A DNA stretch of 63,963 nt, filler included, from Thelocarpon superellum (Eukaryota), in the NCBI GenBank assembly GCA_026025795.1. It is 9 parts of 9 records of this genome, joined end to end, with 100 filler letters (N's around TTAATTAATTAA, not from the genome) between each part and the next. Parts side by side here need not be neighbours in the genome. Positions count along the whole stretch, not along the records: positions 22,111 to 29,279 come from JAPEUG010000643.1; positions 29,380 to 36,467 come from JAPEUG010000644.1; positions 36,568 to 43,630 come from JAPEUG010000645.1; 6 more parts are not named here. One strand, 5' to 3'. The position numbers and the translations under genes are program-made. Below are positions 24,019 to 37,144 of the stretch, in pieces. The notes below the pieces were generated by a model. It was not told the origin of the DNA and did no database searches. It saw only the letters and a list, made by a program, of their open reading frames with translations. Each line of letters opens with the position of its first letter. Position 1 is the first letter of the stretch.

Positions 24019-25623
24019 TTATCCGTCCGCTAAAAGCCCAACCGTCCAATCCACAATCTTCTCCACTCCTTGTCCATGAATCGCACTGACGGGAAATGCA
24101 CCGATTCGACCCTTCCAGCTTTCTTTCCGCCGTGGTGGATGAGTCAAATAGCTGACGAGCTTCTCGAAGTTCCCCTGCGTGTCCGCGCGGTCCGCTTTGG
24201 TGGCTACGACAAACCAGGGCTTGGACGAGATGGGAAGGGGCGTCGATGGAATGGCGGGCCGGAGCTTCGGCACGCCACCGTCGTGACGGATGGCCTCCAA
24301 CGGCTTCCACTGTACCACGCGAGCCCGCTCTTCTCGTTCCACATCGGCGCGTCGCAGGGCCTCATATGCCGACACTTCTTGCCAGAGTCCCTGTAAGGCC
24401 GTCACGGCATCCCCCGCGCTGAGATCCACGACAAAGGCCAGCACGCGCGCGCGTTCGATGTGTCGTAGAAATCCCAGTCCCAGGCCACGGTCGAGATGCG
24501 CATCTTCGATCAAGCCGGGAATGTCGGCAATGGAAAAGTGCGTGCGGGCTTCCTGGCCCTCGCCACCCCTCGTGGGACGACCGCGGTGATTGTCCAGCAC
24601 CACCGTGCCAACGTTCGGCGAAAGGGTCGTAAAGGCCCAGTCGCCGACCCGCGCACGGCTGCGACTTAGCGACCGTAGTAGCGTGCTCTTGCCCGCGTTT
24701 GGGAGGCCCACCAGCCCGACGTCGGCCAAGAGCTTGAGTTCGAGCTCCAGCGTCAGTCGGATTCCTCCCTCGCCCTTGGTCGCATATTTCGGGCGTGGAA
24801 TGGACTTGGTGACAAAATGTGGATTGCCGAGACCACCCATGGCGCCCGCGGCGAGCAGCATCGGCCGTTCCATCGGCGTCGAGAGATCCAGCTGGATCGG
24901 CGCCGCCGGCTGCGACAAGGTGAGGTTGGACCGCCGCGGGCGTGGCAGCGCAGGAAACTCGGCCGTGGCATATTCGGACGGCAGCGTCGAGGGATACAAG
25001 ATCCAACGGTCTCGGCGCCACCGCCCTCTCCGATCTCCTTCGATGTCCCCCCCCGCCTGTCCGGCCTCGAGCTGCAATCGCTCTTCCTCCACCGCCACGG
25101 GATCGAACCGTGCAATCTCCCGAATCACCGTGCCCACCGGCACCGTTACCAGCACATCCTCTCCTCGCTCACCGCCCTTGCTCTTCCCCCGCCCGTTGCG
25201 CCCACGACCAGCCTTCATGATTCCTCGTCGCGAGAGCTTATGCAGACTGGTCTCGCCCCGGACCGCTTGGATGTAGATGCTCCCCCCACTCCCGCCATCG
25301 CCACCATTAGCCGGACCGGCCGCGATATACTTCTCGCGCAGAAACGAGATGCATCCATGTCCACCCGAGCCGGCGTGGACGGTCAAGGTGCACCGATCCG
25401 TGAACATCGAGCGAGAGTAGTCCGCCGGGGTCGGGTTGAGGTGATTAGAGGAGTCGACCTCTAATGGCGGTGAAGGCGGCTCCGCGCGCGATTCTTCCGA
25501 GAGTAAGGTGCCGTAGGACTGGTATCGGGGTGGTCGAGGCGTAGAAGCCACAGCCAATCGTACTACCGCCGGTGGGAGGGGCCGAAGAAGCGGGTAGAGG
25601 AAGGGCGTCATGGTCACGGCCAT
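24019..25623 (-). CDS. MTG2: Obg-family mitochondrial GTPase (an alternative in-frame ATG lies at 25782)
   Basis: GSGGHGCISFLREK..GGDGGSGG; LELKLLADVGLVGLPNAGKST; WAFTTL; DIPGL..GLGLGFLRHIERA; TKAD; SA. Confidence 0.92.
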   Translation of the reverse strand: MAVTMTPFLYPLLRPLPPAVVRLAVASTPRPPRYQSYGTLLSEESRAEPPSPPLEVDSSNHLNPTPADYSRSMFTDRCTLTVHAGSGGHGCISFLREKYIAAGPANGGDGGSGGSIYIQAVRGETSLHKLSRRGIMKAGRGRNGRGKSKGGERGEDVLVTVPVGTVIREIARFDPVAVEEERLQLEAGQAGGDIEGDRRGRWRRDRWILYPSTLPSEYATAEFPALPRPRRSNLTLSQPAAPIQLDLSTPMERPMLLAAGAMGGLGNPHFVTKSIPRPKYATKGEGGIRLTLELELKLLADVGLVGLPNAGKSTLLRSLSRSRARVGDWAFTTLSPNVGTVVLDNHRGRPTRGGEGQEARTHFSIADIPGLIEDAHLDRGLGLGFLRHIERARVLAFVVDLSAGDAVTALQGLWQEVSAYEALRRADVEREERARVVQWKPLEAIRHDGGVPKLRPAIPSTPLPISSKPWFVVATKADRADTQGNFEKLVSYLTHPPRRKESWKGRIGAFPVSAIHGQGVEKIVDWTVGLLADG

Positions 25624-26735
25624 TCTGTACGGATGCCTGACGCATTGGCGGTGTGAGGGGCGTACTCGCTGATCGCACAATTGCTGGTAGACTCCGGAGA
25701 TGATCGGGCGTGGGAGAGGATGGAGCCCTGCATCAGTCAATAATCGCTCGATGCGAAGTGTCGCCCTTGCACAAGCTAGCATGCAGTACCAGGGCCAGGA
25801 GGAGATCAGCGCTCCACGGAAAACGTTTCACGCACGCCCACTACGCTACTCGGCAGCTACCGAGTAAGTACGAAGCACTAACCGTACCTGCTTTCGGGTA
25901 GCATTGACACTTCGTACTGACGCACCCCGAAAACTAGACTGCAGGTGGGTGGTCTATTCTACAGAAGCTATCCGTCGATCTAATATACAGCCATGGTGAG
26001 CCAACATGCGGCAGCTTAGTTAAAAGCCTCGAGCTCCTGTATGGTGCCTCCACGGTACTGTGAAGACTTGCCGTCAAGATCGAGAGCGTGGAGGGGTACT
26101 GACGCACCCCCGAAATGCAGGCTGGAAAGGGTCGTTCTGATATACAGCTAACGTGGGTCACGTGCAGCGGCTTAGTCAAGTGCCTAGAGCTCCCGTATGG
26201 GGCCTCCAGAGTACCAAGGATTGCCCTCTGCTGTCCTCGAGCACCATATCAGCTGCCGACGACAACGTGCGGCACGCGTACACGACGTAACGAAGACATG
26301 TCTTGCACCCTGGTCCATCCGTCCATCAGCACCGATGGCAGCGAAGGAACCGAGGCCGGCCTACCGTCATCATGTGAGAGTGAGGAGGGTGATCATCGCT
26401 GATTTCACTAAATGTACATCAAGGGAGGCCGCTTGCGCAGACACTGCTCCTCAGAATCCAGAAGACGATCTATACTGTAGTCCCCAGACCGACCGTAGGC
26501 CGCTTGAAAACTGCGTCCGCACGGATGACCGCCATGCCGTCCGACGCGGACGCCCGTAATGCCCCCCGCTTTTGGTTACCCTGTTCCCGGTGGAATGTCC
26601 CGCCCCGTCCGTTCTCCCGTTGCGAAACGCCGTCGGATGCCGATGCTGTGCGCTGCCATGCGCCACCTACGAGGCCGCACAGCGATGCCATCGTGACGCG
26701 TTGCCAATCAACATCAACATACCCGCGCGCCATCT

Positions 26736-28809
26736 TCACGTCTCGGGCGAGCCCAGGCAAATCTCCGTACGCGATGGCGCCGAAGTGTCCTTGGACGGTG
26801 GAATCGCCACCCACGCCGTCTCCCCTTCCGCCTCTAGATCATCCGTCACATCAGCCTCGGCGTCACCGTCGACGTCCGGTGCGGGCTCGTCCTCAGCAGG
26901 GTCCAGCCTGCCGCTCACATCCTCCATCCATGCACTCTCGATCGCCCCGAGCAGGCTGACCAGCGCGCTGGCCCACCACGCCAGGCCTGAATATCCCAGT
27001 CGAAGTCCAGCTGAGTGGATGAGTCCTGAGATCGTCGGTCCAAACGCCCGACTCAGGCTCGCTGTCGATGCCGCGATACCATTGATCGCCCCCAACACCA
27101 GCATGGACGGGGCCGAGTTGGTGAGCAGAATCGCATTGGACGGATACGCCAGCACCGCCGCCGTGACCTTCAGCACCAAGCACGCGTAGATACCCACCAT
27201 CTGCAGGTCCTTGGGCAGCAGGACCACGTACGGCACCGCCAGGTACAGTACCGGATACAGCATCACCACGAAACGGAACACCCGAAGGCTACCGAAGCGA
27301 CGAGCCACCAGCGGAAAAAGAAAGAGCTGCGCCGCCATCGAGTAAGCTCCTTGAAAGGAGATGATGAAGCCGATGCTCTTGGTAGACAGACCAAACCCGC
27401 CCGTAAACTTGAACGGGAGCATTGTCGGCTCGTGCGACTCAGGGGTGCTGAGGAGGACCGGCAGTAATTGCTCGAACGTGATCGTATGACTGAGCGCCGT
27501 GTGAGCTCGATGCCCGTGCTTAGTAGGGGGCGACTCACTAGGCGAGAATCCCATAGCCAATGATGTTGAGCACCACTTGCTTGGTAAAGGCTCGACTCAC
27601 CGGCGGTGCGCGCCGACACCTGCCTTCCGTATCGGCCGTCGATGCATTGCTCGAGGAGCTGGCGCGCGTGCGCGTCCGGGGGGGGTGGGGAGATCCTTCC
27701 GTCGTCCGGTACCCAGGCGGTTGTTCTTCTTCATCCAGCAACAACCGCGATTCCTCCAGATTGGCATCCCCCTGTTTTGCGTGCGATACCACCGGTTCCG
27801 CTCGCGTCCAGAACTGGCTCACCAGCCATCGGCCCGCCTCACGACCAAGATCTCGCCGGTGCTTCATTTCCTCGTGCGTCTCATCGAGGAAGAGGATCCC
27901 GATGAACACGCCGCAGATTACGATGCTGGCGCACACGAGATTGGGTAGGAGATAGGGAAAGCGGTCAAAGATCGTACCACGTGCAAAGATTCCCGGATAG
28001 CTCTGACAGGGCTCAGCGAGAGCCCCTCCTAGCGCAGGACCGAGGATCGAGCTGAAGATGAGTTAGTCATCTGCCGGATCGAGCGGTCATCGAGCGGGTA
28101 AGACATGAGCAGCGTACCCAAGACACCAGACAAATGGCATGATGGCGTAGGCCCGCGCTGACCCACCACGTCAGCAAGTCTCCGGCGATGGTAGATGCCA
28201 CGCCCGGGGCCAGTACTCACGTTGATGTTCCTTGACCGTGATCATCTCTGCCACGGTCGTCTGCAACACGCCAATGTTCCTACACCGGTCCGGTTAGCCG
28301 CGAGACTTACCTCTCCAACAGCCCTCATGTCTAGGCAACGTACCCGTTCAGGACGCCACCTAGTGCGCGGCCCAGCATCGCTACGGGCAGACTCGAGGCA
28401 AATCCGAAGATCAACATGCTGAGTCCCGTACCCGCGAGTCCGGTGAGCAGCACAGGTTTCCGGCCAATGCGGTCGCTGAGCCGACCCCAAACCACGCCGG
28501 TGGAAAATTCGGCAAAGGCGAAGGCGGACGTGACCATGCCCGCATAGATGGCGATCTGCCGGTCGTCCGTGGTGATTTGGAAAGACGAGATCATGTAGTA
28601 GATGTAGGGAAAGATGGACATGAACGCGATGGGTTCACAGATTCGACAGAGCGCTATCCTCAGGCACCCGTCAGCGTCCAGCACATGTCCAAGGAGCAAG
28701 GAGCGGAGAGCAACTCCGCGCCGTACGTACCGAGGATGAACATCTGCTGCGCGGGAAAGGGTGTGGCGCTGTGACCTCCCGCGCGCGTACGCGCGCCGGT
28801 TCGCAGCAT
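26736..28809 (-). CDS. Major facilitator superfamily transporter (6 exons)
   Basis: ATG 28809 MLRTG..FPAQQMFIL / ALCRICEPIAFMSIFPY..WGRLSDRIGRKPVLL (MFS motif A)..LGAINGIAASTASLSRAFGP. Five GT-AG introns were found by eye. Confidence 0.88.
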
Positions 28810-29499
28810 GGCGTCCACACTCGCCGCGGCGAGAAAATGCGCCCCGTGGGGTCAGATCAATGGCGGACGCAGCTGCCGCGGGGTTACCCCAGATCGAGGG
28901 CGTCGGGAGCAAGACACGCGACGGGGAAATGGACAGGCGGACCTGCACTGGAGGCCGAGCAGCACAATGTCCGTCGTCAGCAGCGAGAGTGTCAAAGGAA
29001 CGGTGCCGCGATGGGAGCCAAAAATTTCGGATGCGTCGCCATACGGACCGGTGGGCGGTTCGGACTTCTTAAGCACGTCAAGCTCTGAGGACGGTGGAGT
29101 TGGGTACGACGAGACTAGGCTGTGGTTTGATTACCATTGCGTATGCCCAGGCCAGGGCTCGCTGGGCCGGGCAGCGGTCGTGTCACTTTGGGTCGCTCTA
29201 GGACGGCGACGCCAGCGTGCCTCCCCGGTAAGGCCATGGCGAGCCGAGATTCCAATGCGACGGCGACGGGGCAAACAGANNNNNNNNNNNNNNNNNNNNN
29301 NNNNNNNNNNNNNNNNNNNNNNNTTAATTAATTAANNNNNNNNNNNNNNNNNNNNNNNNNNNNNNNNNNNNNNNNNNNNCCATAAAGACGGGATATGTAC
29401 GAACAAGTACCTCGTTGAGTACGGTATATTAACGTTAAAGCAGGTCGTATGTACGCGAACAGTTGGCTCGGTTAATGTATTTCATATCTTCAGTCGCAG

Positions 29500-30270
29500 C
29501 GTCGTCATCATCATCATCATCATCGTCAGTCAGGAGTATCATCGGTAGGCGTCGTCGTCGGTAGAGTCATCGCCTGTTTCACTTCCTTGGGCATCGACAG
29601 GGGCAGTAGGGCAGCAGGAGGGCAGTGACAGTGGCAGTGGCAGTGGGAGTGGCAGGAGGGGAAGAACAAAACGAAGCCGTGACTCGCATTCGTAAAAACA
29701 CAATACCTCCCATATAATCATTGGGTCCGATCCTCCCATTCCTTTAGTTACCCGTCTCCCTTCTCCCTTCTCTCTCTCTTGCCCCCGCGCAAACCTCCCC
29801 AGATCCCAGTCCCATCCTGTCTTATTATAACCAGCCCAGCCCAGCCCAGCCCAGCCCAGCCAGTCCAGCTAGTCCAGCCCATCTCTTCCCTTTCCCTTCC
29901 TATTTCCTCCAGACGGACGGACAGACGTATCCGTTCGGTCATGGGTCGGGGCGGGAGGGTTTCGCGTCGCTGCCAACCAGACACAGACAAGTCATCCCAA
30001 AATATACCACCACAGCGCAGTCGCATCGCAAAACGCCTCCGCCCATTCCCTCTTCCAAGAGAGGTGTGGAAGTCAAAGGAGAAAATCCGAAAGTGATGTG
30101 ACATGGAACGAGAATGATAAAAAGTAAGGAGCCTCCGTGTGTTATCGCGGCCCGATTGAGGGTGAAGACTCAAACGAAAGCGAAACGAATCAAATCGAAT
30201 CGAATCGAATCTCTTCCCTCGAATGCTCCACTCCAATTTCAGGTACTGCCATGTCAAGTCAAGTCAAGTC
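29500..30270. repeat. Cluster of microsatellites in the kinase 3' flank: (TCA)n, (CAGTGG)n, (CCAGC)n, (ATCGA)n, (GTCAA)n
   Basis: Seen directly at about 29507, 29630, 29831, 30194 and 30253. Confidence 0.8.
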
Positions 30271-30383
30271 ATACTCGCTAAACGACATTCCGGGTTTGCC
30301 ATGCCATGTACGTTACGCAGGTTTCGTCCTGTGCGCAAGTCAAAGGACGTGAGGGATCATGTCCTTGGCCCCTCTCTCTCCTC

Positions 30384-32478
30384 TCAAAAGGTGGGGTGGA
30401 GGGCCTCGAGGCGCCGAGCCGGCGGGAGATGGTTGTGAAGTTTCTTGATGCCGGCCGCTTTCAATCGACACTTCTTCTCGGCCACGTCGACCAGCCCCAC
30501 GGTGGCGCTGTCGCCGTCTTCAGAACAACACTCGATCGTCTTGACCCAGCGGTCATTGAGCCCCTCGCGGATGCCGATCCGTTTCGTTGGATTGGGATTC
30601 AACATCCTGAGCAGCAGCCGCCGCATGGCTTGCGATTCGAGGAATCCAAAGATCTCGCCACATTTCGGTGTCCCCGTCTCGTCGGTGATGACCTGGTCGG
30701 GATGCTTGGCGTTGAAAGCCTCCCATCCCCGCGCGAACTTGTCGTACTGGGCGTAGCGTCGTTCCGCAGCTGGCCACGGCGATCCCCCAAACTTCATCGT
30801 CAGGTAGACAATGGCGCACGACCAGACATCCAACGGTCGTGGGTCGTACTCGCCTGTACCATCGTCAGCACGGCAACACGACGTCGACGCAAACGCCACG
30901 TCACTCACCCTTCTTCTCCAGCACTTCCGGGGCAATGTACGGGAGACTGCCACAGATCCCTGGCGCACATCGCCGTGACTCCTTCATGTTCCTGCCACAC
31001 TCGCCACCGGCACCTCGCAGTCCCGGGTGTTCTCCGCAGAAGACCTCGGACACGCCGAAATCGGTGATCTTGAGCGTACCCGTGTTCGTCACCAGGAGAT
31101 TCTCCAATTTGAGGTCACGATGCGCGATGCCGTGGGAATGAAGATGGACCACTCCGCGCAGCAATTGCTTGAAGAAGCACAAGCGATCGCTTTCATCCAT
31201 GTACCGTCGCTGCACCAGGGAAAAGAGCTCTCCTTGCGAGCAGTATTCCATCACGTGGTTCCACCGACCATTATGCGTGCAGAGGCGCACCGTTTCAACC
31301 ACGTTGGGATGGTGCAAGCTCCTGGCGATGCAGAATTCCGACTTGAGTTTCTTCTCGTACTCTTCCTCGCTCTCGTGTCGGCCCTTCTTCCGAAATTCCT
31401 TGACCGCGTAAAGCACGTCGGTCGGCCCTCCGCGGCGCGCCATCAACTTGACGTTGGCCGTCGCGCCGGACCCGATCAATCTGCCTCGCCGACCCGGCAC
31501 GATGCTGGAACTGACAAACTCCGTGTGCAGCTCGACCGCTTCCACGAAGAAATCGTCGGGGAGCGACGTGCTCATCCGGCGGGCCTTCAGACCCGCCCCG
31601 GTCGCCGCATGCAGACTGATGGAGTTGTCCGGGATGGTCAACGGGAGCGAGGTCATGCTGGTCGAGCGCTGTCGTTCCCGGTCGGGCCCGGGTGGCGTCA
31701 TATGCGTCTGGAACTTAATCCTCCCCGCGCCCTCGCTCGAGAGACCGGTGGCGGACGACGAGGGTTTGAGGGCATTGCCGTCGGCTGCGGTGCTCGACTG
31801 GGTCACGGTCATGTTGGGCGAGCCTGGGGAGGGAGGGGTGTTGGATTTGGAGGTGCGGGCGGAACTCCAGGCTGACAACGAGAACGAGCTTGTCCGACGA
31901 GGCTGAGGAGGTAGGTTGGAGCTGCCGACATCGGGCACGGTGACATCCAAGGGAAAGGTGGCCGCCGGCGTAGGCGTAGCTTTACTCTCGGCGTGGAAGC
32001 CGGAAAATGTGTGAGCTGTGGAACGTCGGAAGAGCGACTTGATCCGCGCGCTGGTCTTTCGCGAGGCCGAGTTCGGAACAGACAGGCCAGAGGTCGCGAT
32101 CGGTGCAACATGAGTGGGGGCAGATCGTGCGGGCGTCGACGGAGTCTTGGCCGGGCTGGTCACGGTGGCATTAGTGGGCACCGGGCTGAGCTTGGCCGGG
32201 TGGACGTCGGCGGGGACGGGGTCACCGTGGGGCTCCAATGCTCCCGGTTTGTGGTGGTGAAAGTCGTGAGAATGGGTTTCGCTGGTAGGCGTCAACGGCT
32301 CAACGGCCTCACTGCTAGTCTCATCTTCGTACTCTTCGGGGATGGAGATGTGGCAATCGAGAGGTCCCGTCTCGGGCGAGCCGGTCCAATGTGGGGTACT
32401 TGAGCCGTCGGTCGTGCCGGCTATGGAATTGGACCCCGCATTGGCCCCGGGAATCGAGAGCGGCACCATGTTGGACAT
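30384..32478 (-). CDS. Ser/Thr protein kinase, HAL/NPR1 family (Ptk1/Ptk2-like)
   Basis: IGSGATANV, YAVKEF, KSEFCIA..LHHPNVVET, HRDLKLEN, DFG, CGSLPYIAPE, YDPRPLDVWSC; intron 30854-30908; Ser/Pro-rich N-terminus from the ATG at 32478. Confidence 0.9.
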
Positions 32479-35400
32479 GGTGATGAGAAGAGCGCTGCGC
32501 TCCACGACGTCGAAGGGGATGTTTTGGAGGGAGAGGCGAGGTAGGACGAGGTAGGGGAGGGAGCCAAGCCAAGACCCTCCGCTGGGGGAGGTGCAACACG
32601 CTCGGGCTGGGTGGAGGAGAGACCGACGACGAGGCTCGAGAAACCTTCGGCCTATGGGACGACGGCGGTGGTCGAGGGCAGGGTGCCCGCGGGGGAGCGT
32701 GGGCGCGTTGGGTCGTGGCGCAGATGCCCGCAACTGCAAAGCCGAGGAGTATGGGGGAATGCTTGCTTTTTTGTACGGGAGGTTGAGCGTCCAGCCAGTA
32801 GCGGATTCTCGGAATAGATGCCGAGTTGTGTGGAGGCGGATTGGTAGGTGAGCGCGAGGGGCGACCGATTCGGTTCGGCGTGTACGGACGGCGTGTGACC
32901 GACCCCGAGCGGTGATTAGCTGATGCCGACGCCACCCTGTCAGCGAGCAGGTTCCTGTCGCTTTCCCCAGGTTCCACGGTCGCACCGTCGCTCGGTCGCT
33001 TGGGCCGGCGGACAAGGTGAGGGCCTTGGATGACGAGTGCCGAGTCTGGAGGAGGGGCAAAGACGGCCTCGACAGCACCCGAATGGAGGGGAGAGGAGGG
33101 AAAGGAAGAGCCCGGACGATCGTGGCGGAAGACACAGCGGGCGTGGTGCCCTTGGTCAAACCCAAGTCATCCCACGGCGACACCGCAAGTGCCGGACGGG
33201 GGGAGGGGCGTCGCAAAGAAATTATGGCGAGCGCCGTGGCCCATCGTCAAGGTTGAGACTGAGGCTAATGGCTACGGCTCCGGCTACGGCTACTCGTACA
33301 GAATTCTGCAGCTTCACTGCACCAGCGCTGCGCATCGCGGGCGCGGGCGCGGGCGCGGGCGCCAACGCTCTCTCGCTTGAAGAAATGGATGGGGGGCAGG
33401 CGCTGGCACTCGGATAGGGTCAGGCCGAGTGAGGGCCCGCGAGCAGCCCGCGACGATGGCCGCGACCGCAGAACTGCCCGTTAGACGAGGCTAGAAAATT
33501 AGGAGAAGCACCCCAACGCAACGGCGGCCGCCGCACGCTGGCGGACTACAGGCCCCCAAGCTATCGCCGTGGCCGGCGCGCCGCTCTCCTTTTGACCCTT
33601 CAAGGAGCAGATCGGCGTGCGCTCGTAAGGCGAAATCTCAGGGATTGGCGTAGCGGACGAGTCACTGGTACCGGTCCTGCACCTGCTGATCCGGTACACC
33701 TTCTCCGACGAACGGGGGGGACCCGATCCGTTGGCGCCTGTCTTTATGGTACTGGTGCGGTGGGTATGGAGGGCACCATCGTATGGTGGGATGGGTGGGA
33801 GTGGCCGGTCGGCTCTTTTCCGACAGGATCGCATCGCGACCGGCCGTGCAGCTGCTTGGAACCTGTTTGCGAACTGTCGAGATCCGCTGGGTCAGCGACT
33901 TGACCCTCAGCGAGGCCGTCTTCGGTAGACCAGACTGAACCAAATAGGCTCAGCGCCACTTACCAGCCTGCAAGGTCGCCTTTGTGAAATGTTCCAGTCG
34001 CGACCATCGGAGATATTACAACGCCAGCGCCAACGCCAGCACCATCGCCAATGACGTTTCGTTTGCCAGCTGCATTCGCGCGCGCGCGCTCTCGGAAACA
34101 GCGGTCCAACGCATGGCAGGGCATGCTGTTTGCCTGAGGCAGCACGAGGCGAGGGAATACTCACCCTCGCATCGCGAACCACAAGTGCCCCGCGTCAACG
34201 AGTGAGCGCGCGTCCCGCACTGAGCGCGATCGCGGGGTGATGCGAGGACCTAAGCGGGAGACCACGAGCATCGGCTAATTGGCGTGTGAGCGCGCGATGT
34301 GGTCGGTGAGGGAATAACATGGGTGGATTGGAGGGTCTGGCTGGTGGGGTCGTGGTGGCGGCAGTGTGGTAAGATGTTCAAGGCAAAGGACGGCGGACGG
34401 GGACGCATTCGCCAATGAGCCAATGGGCCCGCGGGAGGCAATCGAGATACGCACCGCACGAGGCTCCTTATCCTCCGGTGTACGGTCGACGAGACCAAAG
34501 CCAGCCCAGTCCGCAAAGCTACTGTCGCGTTCGGCAGGAGATCCCGACGCCGAGACCGCGATTCCAGGACCGTCCAGGGCTTGTCCCAGATCCTGAGTGA
34601 GATGCAAGATTCGATGACGTTGATATGCCAGATGGTGAACCGGTCGCAGCGTCCAGGTGGAGTGACATGACTACGACGGCCGTTGACAATAGCCGCTTGC
34701 AACGACCGCGTCGATCGACGTTTCATGCCGGTGAAACGACGCGGCGATGGATCAACCCCCAGGGTCCTCCATCAGCCCCGTCTCGACAATAACGGCGTCA
34801 TGATTGCCAGCGACGGTCGCTTGCGCCTGCGCAAGGAAGCTAGAGGCCAGGAAGGCTTGAGAGTTCGTACTTGCAATCTCGCCTCCGTCGTACAGACGTC
34901 TCTTTACGTTGGAGTTTGGACGGCCACTGCCGAGGAAAGGGTGGTACGCAGTTTACGAGTAGCATGACCGAGTTGTGGAGTTCCAGAGTCCATAGCCCGC
35001 GTTCGACCGAGAGGGACCCTTGCGCCTAGGGTAGCTAATATCTGACCGGATAACCGGCCAGCTTTGGTATGACCATACCATGGTTGGCATGACACGACAC
35101 GATTCAGGGTGAGCAATTCGTCAGCCGGATAGGTCGGGCCAGGAGGTGATGCCCATACCAGAGGCAGGGTCGAGGGATAGCGTCTTCGGCGGACCCGGCC
35201 CACTCACCAGCTCACCCACGACGAGTCCATCGTCCGATGGACTCGTGTCACAACTAGCGGGTGGTGTGGAAGTGGCTGTCTGCACTCGCACACCATTGCG
35301 GTGGGGGTTAGCCACGGAGCGACCGGAGCGAGAGAAAGGTAACTGATCCACATCACTGCATCATGTGGGTGAGATGACGAGGGGCCCACGGACCATCCCA

Positions 35401-37144
35401 TGCTCGCACCACTTCACAGACACACCGACAGTGGAGGACAAAGGCCTCGCGCGCCGACGACGGCCGAAGCTAAGCTATAGGGCCTTCAGTGGGGCATTTG
35501 GTGGGCCTGGTGAACTCCGCGTACGCACCCGTAGGCGCATTTGCGGGCCTCTCGCGCGCTCACGTCCACTAAGTTTGAGCTGGCGGCGCGCTTCGGATAG
35601 GGCACGGCTACAAGTAACTAATCATGCGTCGGACCTCGACCTTGCTATGCGCCGGTACGCGCCTGTGGAGAGAGGAGCAAATGCGACGTCCTCCTACAGG
35701 CTCGTGGTCATCGGCAGGCATGCGCGAAAGTAGAGTGCACGATTATCTCGTGCCGTGATCCCGTGCGCACGCAAGTGTGGGGGAGGGGTCCCTTAGCCTT
35801 TCCCTTCCGGGGCCAGGCCAGGCGGCCTGGGGCTGGTGTTTGCATCTCGATCGAGCCATGCAGGTCAATCACCCCACGCACTCCCGTGCAGTCAATTTCA
35901 CTCGCTTTCCTTACCTCACAACTCTCTCTCTCTGTCTCCCACGGCGACTCGCTTTCCCTCACCCCTCGTTCGCCCTCATAAGGTTACCTTTCCGAGTTTG
36001 CGAACCCTAACCTTGCCATGCAGCAATCTTCTTTGCCCGTCACACCGTTCGGCGCACAATCACGCTCCTTCGTTGAGTCGTTGGAGGGGCAGGATTCGGA
36101 GCCCGGTCGAATCAGACGTCCGACCGATCCATGGCTTCGAGGGTGCGCCTGACCTACTGGTGTAGGGTTGGCGGGCCTAGGGCTGATAGACGGCCGGAGT
36201 GGTCCTCGCTTTCTCTCGATCGTCCAGCACGATCTAGCTCGATGCAGGTGTGTTGCTCCACGTCGATACATCTACTTCGTACATGACATGGCGGACGCCA
36301 ACGTATGCAGGTCTCATTTTTGGATGATCGACTCTTTCCCGCTCGGCTGCGCCGCTACGCTGCTGCGCTGAGGAAAGGCGGGCCGGCTATCTGCAAGGCA
36401 TGGCCTGCTGAGCTCGGCAAGCCGAGCGTCGCGGCAAGCGTCGGTGCGTTCGGATTGAGTCCGAGTANNNNNNNNNNNNNNNNNNNNNNNNNNNNNNNNN
36501 NNNNNNNNNNNTTAATTAATTAANNNNNNNNNNNNNNNNNNNNNNNNNNNNNNNNNNNNNNNNNNNNCCGATGTGGTGGTGCAAGTGGAGCGGGAGGGCG
36601 ATGGTCGATGTTGGTGTGGCGGTGGTATCTTAGGCAAGACCACGGGATAGCGGGAGCTGAAGGAGGTCACTGCATGCCATCATTTGGATGCGTTTGGTCA
36701 GGATCCAAGCGGTGCGATGTATACTTGAGCTCAGGAGTATTCAGCCAGGAAATCAGTCCATCATTTGGCAGACACTTGGTCATTGCTGATTCAGGCACGA
36801 GTGTACGATTGCTAGCGGACGGACGTGGATTTGGCCTATGTCAAGGTACCGAGCGAATGGGTGAGGGAGCGAAAGTAATCGAAAAGTCGACGCTCAAACA
36901 ACCGAGGCGTTGATGTCCCCCGGCCCCTCGTTCATCGCGCCTCGCCCCCTGGTAAGTGTCCCCCCTCTTGCGAGTAAGAGGACGAGTAAGCTCCGACTTT
37001 ACCCGCTGCATACCGTCACGCCAATATCCATGATTCTCTGCGCGACCCGCTTCAACCCCACCAGATCTCAGGCCACATCTTTTGAAGAATAGAGGGAGGG
37101 GAGGTGCTAGGTTCTTTTAATTTGGTTCGTCGCCTGTCCCAGAA

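Noticed and set aside
28280..28343. Internal GTAAGT inside an MFS intron as a possible nested intron
   Set aside because: Only about 31 nt to the acceptor, too short, and no split splice element is rebuilt.
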